This document shows, one piece after another, positions 48,551 to 64,000 of a stretch of DNA of 64,000 nucleotides. Source of the DNA: the human T2T-CHM13v2.0 reference genome, Homo sapiens; assembly GCF_009914755.1 (NCBI RefSeq), contig NC_060930.1; one strand, written 5' to 3'. The translations under genes were made by a program, and so were the position numbers. Position 1 is the stretch's first letter. Each line of letters opens with the position of its first letter. A model generated the notes under the pieces. The model searched no databases. It was given only the letters and a program-made list of their open reading frames with translations, and had not been told where the DNA came from.

Positions 48551-49299
48551 TAGGAGCTACCATCATCTTACTTATCTCCACTTCTTGATAGTGATTGATT
48601 TAAGGGAGAACGTGTGATCTGAGCTGAGCCAGTGAGTCCTTCCCTGAGATTTTTCACATTGGAGATACGGGTAAAAATTGGTTGGAAGACATGAGAATTT
48701 GAATCTGGTCTGTCAGTGGCCTTTTTGCTCTTGTGAAGAAGCTCATCTGCAATTGGCAGAAAGGAAGCCAAGGTGTCAGGATAAGCAGAGGAGAGTGACA
48801 GTTCTGAGACATTGAACCCCAATTCCAGTTGTCCCCAGCTATACTCTTGTCATGGAAACTAACACACCTCCAAAATTGCTTATATTCTGAATCGGGGGTG
48901 GGGGCACTGAGTTATTGGTCCTACCTACATCACAGGATTGTTAGTAGGGAGCAAACAAGACAAGCAATATGAAGTTGCTTTGATGCCATTTAAATATGAG
49001 TGACGCATTGTTATGAAAAAAGATCCTGTGACTTGATAACAGATCATTGTACCTGAAAACATTGTCCAAGGCCAGGTTTCAGACGCAAAGCCATTTAAAC
49101 CAGAAGTGATTGCATTTTCAGCTGACACCTATAATAGTTTGTTGTGGGCCTTTATAAACTGCTAGGAAGTTCAGCGCTAAACATAATGCTCTATTATTGT
49201 AATCATTTCAGCCTAGGTTTGTTTTTGATTATTTCTTCGTCTTCTTTACATACTTATTGATTTTTTATTTGCATTTAATGGTTTTATTAAACATGCTTT

Positions 49300-51035
<1,736 letters not shown>

Positions 51036-51214
51036 TCTTTTCAATAAGTTTCAGTCCCCTCAAATTATGAGTAAATAAATGATATGCTCAAGGACTTTTA
51101 TAGAGGAGTAGTCCCAGTTCTCATAAGCGAGGGCAATTCTAGGGTAAACTATGTGAGATCAGGCTGTAACTACCAGTTTAAGCACGTGGAAGAATCCTTC
51201 TGCTTTCTTTCCAG

Positions 51215-51339
51215 CACCACTGCTGACTTGGATCGGAAACTCTCCTTCTCACATTCTGATCACTCCTCTGAAATGTCGTTGCCTGAAGTCCAAAAGGATA
51301 AATATCCTGAGGAATTCAGCCTGCTTAAGTTGCAGACGA
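51215..51339 (+). CDS. SPATS1: SPATS1 coding exon 3
   Basis: Acceptor ttccag|C and donor CGA|GTAAGT; 125 nt. TTADLDRKLSFSHSDHSSEMSLPEVQKDKYPEEFSLLKLQT (core of ORF 51084..51446). Confidence 0.93.
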
Positions 51340-52599
51340 GTAAGTCACAGACCCTCCTCCACATGCTTCTGTGCCCCAGGTCTTTTCAGAAGTCTGCCAT
51401 ACTGTTGGCCACCCTCATCGAAGGCCCACAACTGTCAAGCATTTGATGTACTTTATCTCAAAATTCACAAAACCTCTGCCAGGAAGCCATTATATGTTTT
51501 TCAAAAATAAAATGCCTTTATATAAAACCCATTAAAATACTGCAGAAAGACATTAAAATAATATAGAAGTATATAGAGTATAAAAACTCCTTCCCCAATA
51601 TTTTTCAACAATATCCCTATTCTGCCCCATAGCTGTGAAGAGTCGATATATATTTTTCCAATATTTTGAAATGTATGTGTGTGTGTATACATACACGTGT
51701 ACATATATAGATATAAAATAAATGGGTTAGTATACAAACTGGTATAAATAGATCATGGACCTCTTTCTGTGTCAATACATATAGATCTATATGGTTAATA
51801 TAGACATACCCATTTTACAAAGGAGGAAACTGAGGCTTTGAGACATTCAGTCATCCATAAAGCCACATGGCCAGGAAGTAGAGCAATGGGATCAGAACCC
51901 ACACTTGCTTGCCTCGAAGCCTGTGCTCTTCTTGGATATCCCAGAGCCCACATTTCTCAAGCACCCCTAGAGCTACTAGGGGATCTTTTATTGTTTAAAG
52001 TCACTGTTAGCCATCTTACAGGAAAAGTATCAGATGATGAAACAAAGGCACTGCAAGGTCCAGAAACTAGCCTGGGGTCTCACGACAGCTTTTCTCATTT
52101 GAAATTATCACAGGTCCATTTCCCGGTGTCACCGTAGCACATGTGCGTGCTATTGTTGCACCCAACACCATGTTTCCTCCACTTGAGGTGCCATGTGGAT
52201 GGCACTGGCCTAGCCATTTGCTGGTTGATGGCATTCTATTTTTCCTACACCGTTATCAGAGTGAAGATTGTATCACAGGTACTTGTAAGACTGTCTCTGA
52301 GCTTCCCAATCAATACTTAACTTCCAAACATAAAGTTGGCTTTATTTTTGAAGGAGAGGGTGAAGAGGGCAAACAAAAACAAAGACGGCCTCTTAGATAG
52401 CTCTCCCCTGACTTCCCTTCCTTTTGTGTCTAGTCCCACAGAGTTTCACACTGTCTCTGATGTAGAACCAAGGGATTATACACATTAATTAAAGTTATAT
52501 AGCCAGATAGTGCCTGTGGAGTTTTCACAGCTTTTTGTCATCCAGTTGCATTATGAGGCTGGGAACAGTGCTAATGGAAGGCTTTCTGGTGTATTGCAG

Positions 52600-52761
52600 A
52601 AGATGGGCATCGTCCTGAGTGGACATTTTACCCAAGGTTTAGCAGCAACATCCACACCTACCACGTCGGAAAGCAGTGCTTCTTTAATGGAGTCTTCCTC
52701 GGCAACAAGAGGTCTCTATCAGAGAGGACGGTGGACAAGTGCTTTGGGAGAAAGAAATACG
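52600..52761 (+). CDS. SPATS1: SPATS1 coding exon 4
   Basis: Acceptor ttgcag|AA and donor ACG|GTGATG; 162 nt. (K)DGHRPEWTFYPRFSSNIHTYHVGKQCFFNGVFLGNKRSLSERTVDKCFGRKKY. Confidence 0.92.
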
Positions 52762-53557
52762 GTGATGTTTCCTTCTGGGTCTTGACTGTGCAGTCCCCGA
52801 AAAACTCTCGAGTCGTGATTCTATAGGCCCTGCATTCTGTAGCTGGGGGCAGCCCTGTAGAGTCACCATGTTCCCCTAGTGCAGCCAGGAAGACAGAAAA
52901 GTGAAGGGGACAGTTTGCAGGCTGCACGTTTTGGCAAAGAGCTCACAGCAGATGCTAATCCACATTTTCTTTTTTCTCTGAATTTCATAAAATGCAAATG
53001 TGACATTTAAGTCATCAGATAAGTTCTCTCAGATACTTATTAATAGAAACCTCCATTGAAGTCTGAAGAAAAGAATTTATGTTCCAATTAGATGCTGCCT
53101 GGCATACACATTTAAATTGTACTTTATATTCTCCACAAGGAAAACATCCCATAAACCTCAGCCTGAAGTGCATGTTTTTATTTTATTGCTGATTTAATTA
53201 AAGGCTATTGAAATGAATATATATCTACCTGTGTATCTATATCTCCTTGGTTTGTAGCTCAGTGAGTTCTTTGCCCCAACCTACTCATAATAGACTTACC
53301 GAAAGACCCTCAAAAGTTGCTGAGTACCAACTGACCATTTATGACACATTTTTCTATATAAATCTCTGTGTAGGAGGCAACCATTGCTCCAGAAATAAAT
53401 AGGATTGCTGTAGCAGGAATACAAAGAGAAAGAAGTAGACTGTTCTCATTTTTGAGTTTTAAAATAGACTTAAACTCACAACAGAGACAAATAGTTTTGA
53501 GAATTGAGGCTTTTATTTATTTGGGTAGAAAAATACGTAGAAAGCCATACTAAATGA

Positions 53558-54214
<657 letters not shown>

Positions 54215-54351
54215 CTACCCTGCACTCTTGAGCTGCAAGTACCTATCAAAAGTAAATGGGATTATCATAATGACCTAAATCTCAATCTTGACTTATCACT
54301 GCCCTCCTGGCTCAAAAGTAAACCACCTTATCCTGAATTTTATGTTTATGA

Positions 54352-54516
54352 TTCTTCCCTCTCCTTTCCTTTCTTTTTCTTTCTTCTCCTTTCCTCTTCT
54401 TTTTCTTTCTTTCCTTCCTTCCTTCCTTCCCTCCTTCCTTCCTTCCCTCCTTCCTTCCTTTTTCCTTTCCTCCCTCCCTCTCTCCATCCTTTCATTTCTT
54501 CTTTCCCTTCTTCCTT
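54352..54516. repeat. Polypyrimidine/(TTCC)n low-complexity tract
   Basis: About 165 bp almost entirely C/T on the plus strand. Confidence 0.95.
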
Positions 54517-55454
54517 TAGGGTTTTATAAATACTGAGTAAATGCAATGATATATTTATGAAACATTTGTTGACTATATAAAATGAAATATCACAAATACT
54601 TGCGTTCTTTTACTCCACTTAAGAAATAAAATTCTAACTTTATATTTGAAGGCTCCAATATCCTCTTCCCCGAATATTCCATCTTTCCTCCTCCAACTCC
54701 AGTGGTAACCCATATTTCATATTTTTTTAAAGAAAAACTTATTAGGTAAATTTTCAAACAATAGCAAAATGAAACCCGATGTACTCATCCACTTAGCTTC
54801 AATAATGATCAACACCTGGCTAACTTGTTTCATCATTACTCCTCCTCCCAGGGATTATTTCAAAGCAAATTTCAGACATCATATTATTTCATCTCTAAAT
54901 ATATCATATGTGCCTCTGATAGATAAGGATTATTTTATTAACATAACCACAATTCCATATCATAATATCATATTTTAAAAATTAACAGTAATTCCTTAAT
55001 ATAGTCAGTGTCCAAATATCCCATTGTCTCATAAATGCCACAATTTAAAAATATTTAGTTTGTTTGGATCAGGATCCAAGTAAGGCCCACAGATTGAAAT
55101 TGGTTGGTATGTCTGTTAAGTTTCTTTCTCCCTCCTTTTTTCTTGCAATTTGTATGGTGAAGAAACTAGGCCTTATCCTGCAGTATTCACCATGATCAGG
55201 ACTTTGCTGATTACATTGCTTGGTATCATTTAACAGGTTCCTCTTTCCTGTGTATTTCCTGTGAAGTGGTAGTTGGGTCTACAGGCTTGATTCGTTTTAG
55301 TATGATTACTTCTTAGGTGATGTACAGTGACTTCTTTAAACATCAAACGCAATGGTCTTTTTCCATTTCTTCTCTTCCTTGATCTCACTGCAGCACTTGA
55401 TACTGTCAAGCTTGACACTGGATACTTCTTCCTTTGTGAAATTCTCTCCCCACT

Positions 55455-55828
55455 CTTTCTTTCTTTTCTTTCTTTCTTTTTTTCTTTCTGTCTTTCTTTC
55501 TTTCTTTTTCTTTTTCTTCTTTTCTTTTCTCTTTCTTTCTTTCTTTCTTTTTTTTTTAGACAGAGTCTCGCTCTGTCACCCAGGCTGGAGTGCAGTAGCG
55601 TGACCTTGGCTCACTGCAACCTCCGCCCACTGAGTTCAAGCAATTCTCATGTCTCAGCCTCCTGGGATTACAGGCATGTGCCACCACTGCCGGCTAATTC
55701 TTGTCTTTTAGTAGAGACAGGGTTTCACCATGTTGGCCAGGCTGGTCTCCAACTCCTGACCTCAGATGATCCACCCGCCTCGGCCTCCCAAAGTGCTGGG
55801 ATTACAGGTGTGAGCCACCACTCCTGGC
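55455..55828 (-). mobile_element. AluS with expanded (TTTC)n tail
   Basis: About 100 bp CT-rich tail followed by the antisense dimer. Confidence 0.9.
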
Positions 55829-56776
55829 CCCCACTCATTATTTCTTGGATGAGATGAAGTGGTAGGCTCAGGGACTGCCAACCAGCTGCCATTTTAAACT
55901 GGAATGCAACGCATTATTATATCAAAAAATCAATCAAAATATCTTTAAATAATGGTTGACTGTTATCCATCAGCCATAACCAGGATATTGGTGGAGTTCC
56001 CTAAAGGCCTAGCTGTTGCCACAGAACAAAATGCCATCTATGATTGTAGGTGGTAGGGAAATAGATCTGAAAATACAATTTTCTATTGTGTAGCTCTTCC
56101 CACAATACAGCATATTGTATTAGTCAGAATAGGATAGATTCTGCCGCAGTAACAGTCCCTGAAATCTCTGCAGCTTAAGCACTAAAGTTTGCTCCTTTCT
56201 CTTGTAAAGTCCACTGTGGATCCAGCAGCTCTCCAGGACAGCTCCTTTCCAAGGATGCTGTCTGCTTTTATCTGTGACCTTTCCATCTCAACCTGTGGCT
56301 TCTAAGATTGCCATAGAAGGGTAAAGAGAAAATGCTGGAAGGTTTTTCACATCAGCTCCTTAAATGCTTCTTTTTAAAGTGGCACATATCATCTCTGCTC
56401 ACAATCTATCAGTCAGAACATGGCTCTACCTAAACGCATCGGGGCACTGAAATGTGGGGCAGAGTAAGTTATTTGGTGAACGGTTCGCTCCCTTATATGG
56501 TTATTTGTCTCTAAATGTATGTTTCCCATTTTCTACCTCCTGAATGTCTACATCCAGGAAATTGGATGGTCTGTCTAAAAACAAACAAGCATTAGAACTG
56601 ATCATGCAGTGTTATGGGTCCATCAGCTATTGATACATAGTGGCCAGCCCTTTGGGCTGATACCTGTTTTGGTGAGATATCCAGAAATTATACCAAGGCC
56701 CCATATTGTACTTAATAGCTTAAACAAACATGTTATCTCAGAAGTGTTGTTTGGGAGATTTTCCCCCTAAAAGTAA

Positions 56777-57169
<393 letters not shown>

Positions 57170-57833
57170 TAGTCTATTTCTAGGTGTTCTCCTTAGACCA
57201 CCTATATCATAATCAACTGGAAAGTTTATAAAAATTACTGGTTCTGGGAACTATTAAAGATCTTCTGAAACAGAATTTCTTGGGTTAAAGGCTGCATTTT
57301 AAACAAGTTTCCTAGGTGATTTTCAGGTGTGCTAAAATTTTGGAACCACTGTTCTATAGTATATGGCATTTACTGCTTTGTAGTGTTACCTTAGTCTTTA
57401 CATATGTCTCCCTATCTAGATAAGATTCCCTGGGGAGAAATTTATACCTCAGCTATATAGCAATCGTATCCTCCAGATTAAAAAATAATTGGGATGAGGG
57501 GTATTAGTCCAGTTCTGATTTCAAATAATAATAATTGCTACTATTTCTTGGGTGCTTGTTATATGCTCACATCATTATTATTTAGTATTCATGATAACTC
57601 TGCAAAGTAGCCATTTGAAATAAACAGTTTATAAATGAGGTTAAAAAGGCTTAGGAAGGTTAAATAAATAGCTCAAGGGCACAGAACTAGAAATTGCAGG
57701 AGTGAGTATGAACTCAGGTGCGACAGACTCCAAAGTCCAAACTCTTCCCACCACCTCTTGTCACCCAACTCTTACTTGTCAGTGCCCTGGTTTGGTATGC
57801 AAAAGGTTTCAGATGCACTGTATATTTAATTAA

Positions 57834-58106
<273 letters not shown>

Positions 58107-59120
58107 TGAATCCTCAGCATCTCATACCCAGCAGGCACTCAATGCATGGGTGCAGTTGATGTTATTTCACCACACAGAAGAGCTAATCAAAAGTGTAATA
58201 CAGTCAGTTATTGAAAAGGTTTTTGAAAGAGAAAGACAAAAAAGTAAATACTCTGGTAACCCAAGAACTTCCACCTGTCACGCTGATGGCTTTTCCGAGT
58301 TAGCTAGAAGAATCTGGGTGTGTGGCAAAGATGGAGGTCATGCTTCCAGCCACGTGTCCCTGCTTCTGAGCCCAAGGGTGATGAGTCTCGTAGTCCAGGC
58401 TTATTCTCTTAGGAGATGCATCTGGTGTAAGTGTGTGGGTTGATTTATTTATTTTAAATTTTAATTTTTTAAATAGGCAATTTTAAGGACTTTAGGTGTG
58501 TGGGTTTAAATGATCACCCTACACTAGGCTGATGCCTTCCACTCCCGTGATTAGTTTCTTGTTCCCAGGGCTTTAGCAGGGGCTGAGCTGGGTGTAAGAA
58601 CCTCTGCTGAGTAATCTTGCTCTTCTCCAGGAAGCCACCTCCCACTGCTGCATGGCCCCAGTCCTTGAGGCAGAAGGAGCAAGACATCCTTAGTTGGTTT
58701 CCTTCCTGGACCCAGTCAGAGAGGCAGAGCCCCAAGGACACTTGTTTCTTCGGCTTCCTAAGACTCAGGGATTCAAAGTGCACTAATGCTCAGGAATGAA
58801 GAGATTTTTAGGTCAGAGATTTTTGGATCATTGCAAAGAAACCTCTGATTCACCTTATATTTTAAACCAAAACACTCCATCTGAATCTAACAATTCTTTT
58901 CCAGGGTGAGGTAGTTACAACAACACTTTTTGGAAAATGTCCCAAATATAGGCTCATCTCCTTAAGGCAAGATAATCACAAACAGAACTTTGAGAAACTT
59001 CTATGTAATTTATAATAAAATACTAAAATATCCTCTTTCCATTGTCATGCCAATACTTACAGCAAATCTGTGGATCATCTTCAGCCCTTGTATGATTTTG
59101 TTTTCAAACCTTCTCCACAG

Positions 59121-59241
59121 ATATTGATCCCAGGAATGGAATCCCAAAGTTAACTCCAGGCGACAATCCATATATGTACCCAGAACAGAGTAAAGGCTTC
59201 CACAAAGCAGGATCAATGCTCCCACCAGTGAATTTTTCAAT
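59121..59241 (+). CDS. SPATS1: SPATS1 coding exon 5
   Basis: Acceptor ccacag|AT and donor AAT|GTAAGT; 121 nt. (D)IDPRNGIPKLTPGDNPYMYPEQSKGFHKAGSMLPPVNFS. Confidence 0.93.
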
Positions 59242-59515
59242 GTAAGTGTATGTTAATACTAGCATTATATAGTTAACTTTAAAGGAATTGTGTCTCTCTA
59301 CTACACAGAAATTATATTTTAAAAGGGATAGATGTCAACAAGATGTGATTGGATGAAAATTCCTTGAAAAGCTCATCTTTAGTTAATTAATGTCTGCACA
59401 CATGCATGTGTATAATTAAAATTACACACAGGACTTGGACTACAAAAAAGTGGTTGTTAATTTTGTTCCTATCTCTATTATCACAGATTTGAAAACTTTT
59501 AAATTTTCATACTGA

Positions 59516-59907
<392 letters not shown>

Positions 59908-60001
59908 TAGTTGGTGTACTACATTTAAAATATTATTTTAAAAAATTAACCATGTGGGATATAATGATGTTGATTAAAAATGATCAAAACTAAAATCTGT
60001 G

Positions 60002-60657
60002 GGCCGGGCGCGGTGGCTCACGCCTGTAACCCCAGCCCTTTGAGAGGCCAAGGGTGGGGTGGGGTGGATCGCCTGAGGTCAGGAGTTCAAGACCAGCCTG
60101 GCCAACATGGTAAAATCCCGTGTCTACTAAAAATACAAAAATTAGCTGGGCACGGTGGCAGATGCTTGTAATCTCAGCTACTCAGGAGGCTGAGGAAGGA
60201 GAATTATTTGAACCTGGGTGATGGAGGTTGCAGTGAGCCGAGATTGCAGCGCCACACTCTAGCCTGGGCGACAGAGTTAAGACTCCATCTCAAAATAAAT
60301 AAAATAAAATAAAATAATATAAAATCTGTGGGCCAGGCACAGTGGCTCATGCCTGTAATCCTAGCACTTTGGGAGGCTGAGGCTGGAGGATTGCTTCAGC
60401 CCAGGCGTTCCAGACCTACCTGGGCAACATGGAGAAACCCCTTCTCTACAAAAATACAAAAAATTAGCTGGGCATGGTGGTGTGTGCCTATAATCCCAGC
60501 TACTTGGGAGGCTGAGGTGGGAGGATCACCTGAGCCTGAAAGGTCGAGGCTGCAGTGAGCTGAGATTGTGCCACTGCACTCCAGCCTTGGGGACAGAGTG
60601 AGACCCTGTCTCAAAACATACATAAAATAAAATAAAATAAAATAAAATAAAATAAAA
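60002..60657 (+). mobile_element. Tandem AluS + AluJ sharing one target site
   Basis: Three copies of TAAAATCTG(T/C)GG at 59991, 60320 and 60653. Confidence 0.92.
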
Positions 60658-60796
60658 TCTGCGGTTCTTACAGTTTTGAAGTCAATACTTGAAAATTAAA
60701 ATCGGAAAACAGGACATTCTATTGAATACAATGATGTATTGATCTCTTTGCTGTAGATGGCATACCAGTTTTATGATTGCCTTTTCTGTTTTTCAG

Positions 60797-60859
60797 AGTG
60801 CCTTATGAAAAGAAATTTGATACATTTATTCCACTTGAGCCTCTTCCACAAATTCCCAA
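60797..60859 (+). CDS. SPATS1: SPATS1 coding exon 6 (gene continues beyond the window)
   Basis: Acceptor tttcag|A and donor CAA|GTGAGT; 63 nt. (I)VPYEKKFDTFIPLEPLPQIP(N). Phases of all six exons chain without a stop (758 nt). Confidence 0.93.
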
Positions 60860-61757
60860 GTGAGTTCTCTTGTCATGTTTTGTGTTATCCCATCTTTATT
60901 AAATATCGATTATTTTATTGTTTCCTTATGTGGAGGAGCAGGTAGATAACCAGGACACAGGGCCCTTTTGAATCCCAGCAGGAGGGTGGGGCAGTTTGTA
61001 AGGAAGGTGTTTGGATAGACATTCTGTAGAGTCTGCAATTGGGATGGTCACATATTCAACAGATGTAATTGACAAACTACCAGATGCCATGTGTTGTGCT
61101 AGCCATGCACTATAGGAGAGTTCACATGGAACAAAAAGACAGGGTTCCTGATTCCTAGAACATGAGTATGTTGGGAAAAAAAGACACATACTTAAATGAT
61201 TGCAACTGGCGAGAATGGTTAGAGTTTCAAGAGGCAGAAAGAAAGCTAACAGAGCACTTCTGTGTTTGAGGGAAATATCATTCCTTTAATTTCATACTTT
61301 TGCTTCACTCCATTCTGAACCTCACTTATTTACCTAAGCAGGTTTCTGACCTATAAAGAGATATTTTCTTTTCTTTCTTTCTTTTTTTACTTTCTAATAC
61401 AAAACAGTCTCCTATGAGTGGGCATGTGTCCCAGGGTCTAACCCACTCTGGAGCTCAGTGGGAATAAAAACCTTTTATTCCAAACTTGAGATTTTAATGT
61501 CTTTATTATGTTGCATTGTTACTTATGGCACACGATTAGGGCTTCTCATGTCTGTACTTTACATTTTTAATAAACACTATTCTAGAATATTCCAAATAAT
61601 AGCAATTGCCTACATTTCATCACTCTACTATTTTAGCTTTTGTACATTACCTTTCATATGCAAATATGTTTTTACATGTATAAACCCCAGAATACCAATT
61701 AGTCTGGTTTTCCTAAAAAGAAAGGTTTTTTTTTTTTTTTTCTTGAAGTACAAAGCT

Positions 61758-62062
61758 AGCTGGGTGCAGTGGCTCACACCTATAATCCCAGCACTTTGGG
61801 AGGCCAAGGCAGGGGGACTGCTTGAAGCCAAGAGATTGAGACCAGCATGGGCAACATAGTGAGACCCTATCTCTACAAAATATTTTTTTTAAAAATTAGC
61901 CAGGCATAGTGGTATGCAACTGTAGTCCTAGGTACTTGGGAGGCTGAGGCAGGAGGGTTTCTTGAGTCTATGAGTTCGAGGCTGCAGTGAGCTACGATTG
62001 TGCTATGCACTCCAGCCTAGGTGATAGAGCAAAACCCTGTCTCAAATTAAAAAAAAAAAAAA
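61758..62062 (+). mobile_element. AluJ
   Basis: Sense dimer with A-tail. Confidence 0.9.
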
Positions 62063-62409
62063 GAGAGAGAAGTCGATCAGCATATTCCTCTGTGCTATGG
62101 TCAATAAGACAATTGTGAGACTTGGACCCTTTCCTCAGGGACAGTCACCCTAATGAAAAAGTCTACTAACCAGTTAGTCATGGCAGAAGTGACAAAGGCT
62201 TCTGTTGCTGGATTTAGCATTTATTGTTTCCTAGATTCTCTATTTTGTTCTGTAGCGTCTAGTTTGCTGTTAGTCCTATCCAGTGATTATGTATTTCGAT
62301 CTTTAGAAATTCTATTTGATTCTTTTTTATATCTGTTGTTCTTTCCTATTTTCATGTTTTCCTTAAATACTTGGACATAGTAATAGCTGTTTAAAGATTT
62401 TTGTTTGTG

Positions 62410-63085
<676 letters not shown>

Positions 63086-63185
63086 TTATGGGTCACATTT
63101 TCCTGCTTCCTGGTATGTCTAGTAATTTTTATTTGGATACTGGACATTATAATTTTATATTGTTGAGTATTTGGATTTTGTTGTC

Positions 63186-63505
63186 TTTTTTTATTTTATT
63201 TTATTTTTTATTTTATTTATGTTTTTTTAGATGGAGTCTCACTTTGTCACCAGGCTGGAGTGCAGTGGCGCAATCTGGGCTCACTGCAACCTCCGCCCCT
63301 AGGTTCAAGGGATTCTCCTGCCTCAGCCTCCCGAGTGGCTGGGATTACAGGCACGTGCCACCACACCCAGCTAATTTTTGTATTTTTAGTAGAGACAGGG
63401 TTTCACTATGTTGACCAGGCTGGTTTCAATCTCTTGACTTCGTGATCCACCTGCCTTGGGCTCCCAAAGTGCTGGGATTACAGGCGTGAGCCACCGCAAC
63501 AGGCC
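63186..63505 (-). mobile_element. AluSc-like element
   Basis: Antisense dimer with (TTTTA)n tail. Confidence 0.9.
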
Positions 63506-64000
63506 TTGTGGTCTTCTTTTAAAGAGTGCTGGTCTTTGCTGTAGCAGGCAGTTAAGTCACTTGCAGTTTGGTTTGAGGCTTGTTTTCAAGCTTTGTTAGG
63601 GCGTGTCTAAAGCAGTCTTTAGGGATAGTTTAACTCCATTACTAAGTAAGATGTGGCCCTTTTAGAGTCTCTGCAGAATACCTTGAGTGATCAGTGAGGA
63701 GTCTTCACTTTAGTTGGTGGGAACTAAAATGATTTTTAGCCCTTTGTGAGCCCATTCAGTTCCCAGTCACTCTATTGTCTGATCTTTTGGAGTTCTACCC
63801 TACACATGTGTGTCTTAATATTCAGCAAAGACTCAAAGGAAGTGCTGTGTAAATTTCTTACTTTCATTTTTTTGTAAAGTTCCTTCTTCCCCAGAACTCT
63901 GCCCTGCAGCTTCCAGTCCTCCAAGACTCTCTGAACTTGGATCTTCGGCTCCTCAAACTCATAGAGAATGCCATGCTCTGTGTGGGGTTGCTCATCCTAC

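Noticed and set aside
54296-54546. Lys/Glu/Arg/Gly-rich ORFs on the minus strand
   Set aside because: Translations of the (GGAA)n simple repeat.

Overview
Human genomic DNA, the AARS2-SPATS1 interval (6p21.1), identified from the translated exons. Left end: the first five coding exons of mitochondrial alanyl-tRNA synthetase AARS2 on the minus strand (codons 1-298; the gene continues past position 1), with its CpG-island promoter at about 3.1-3.7 kb. A repeat-rich intergenic region of about 29.7 kb follows. It holds a 5'-truncated SVA (SINE-R only, 16-bp TSD), a complete 961-bp HERV-K(HML-2) LTR5_Hs solo LTR (6-bp TSD), and many Alu, L1, L2, MaLR and DNA-transposon relics. From about 33.3 kb the divergently transcribed testis gene SPATS1 runs on the plus strand: a CpG island, then six coding exons (758 nt); the gene continues past the window end. 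Nearly all other ORFs in the track are Alu, L1 or GC-rich artefacts. I found no convincing new biological system. The most unusual structures are a 242-bp fold-back inverted duplication (Alu plus unique flank) at 25.8-26.4 kb, a 63-bp perfect templated duplication at 9.7/10.3 kb, the OCT4-motif-bearing LTR5_Hs facing AARS2 with an inverted SVA homologue, repeated Alu insertions into the same target sites, and a possible degenerate env relic upstream of AARS2. Repeat subfamily calls and boundaries are by eye and approximate unless a TSD is quoted.
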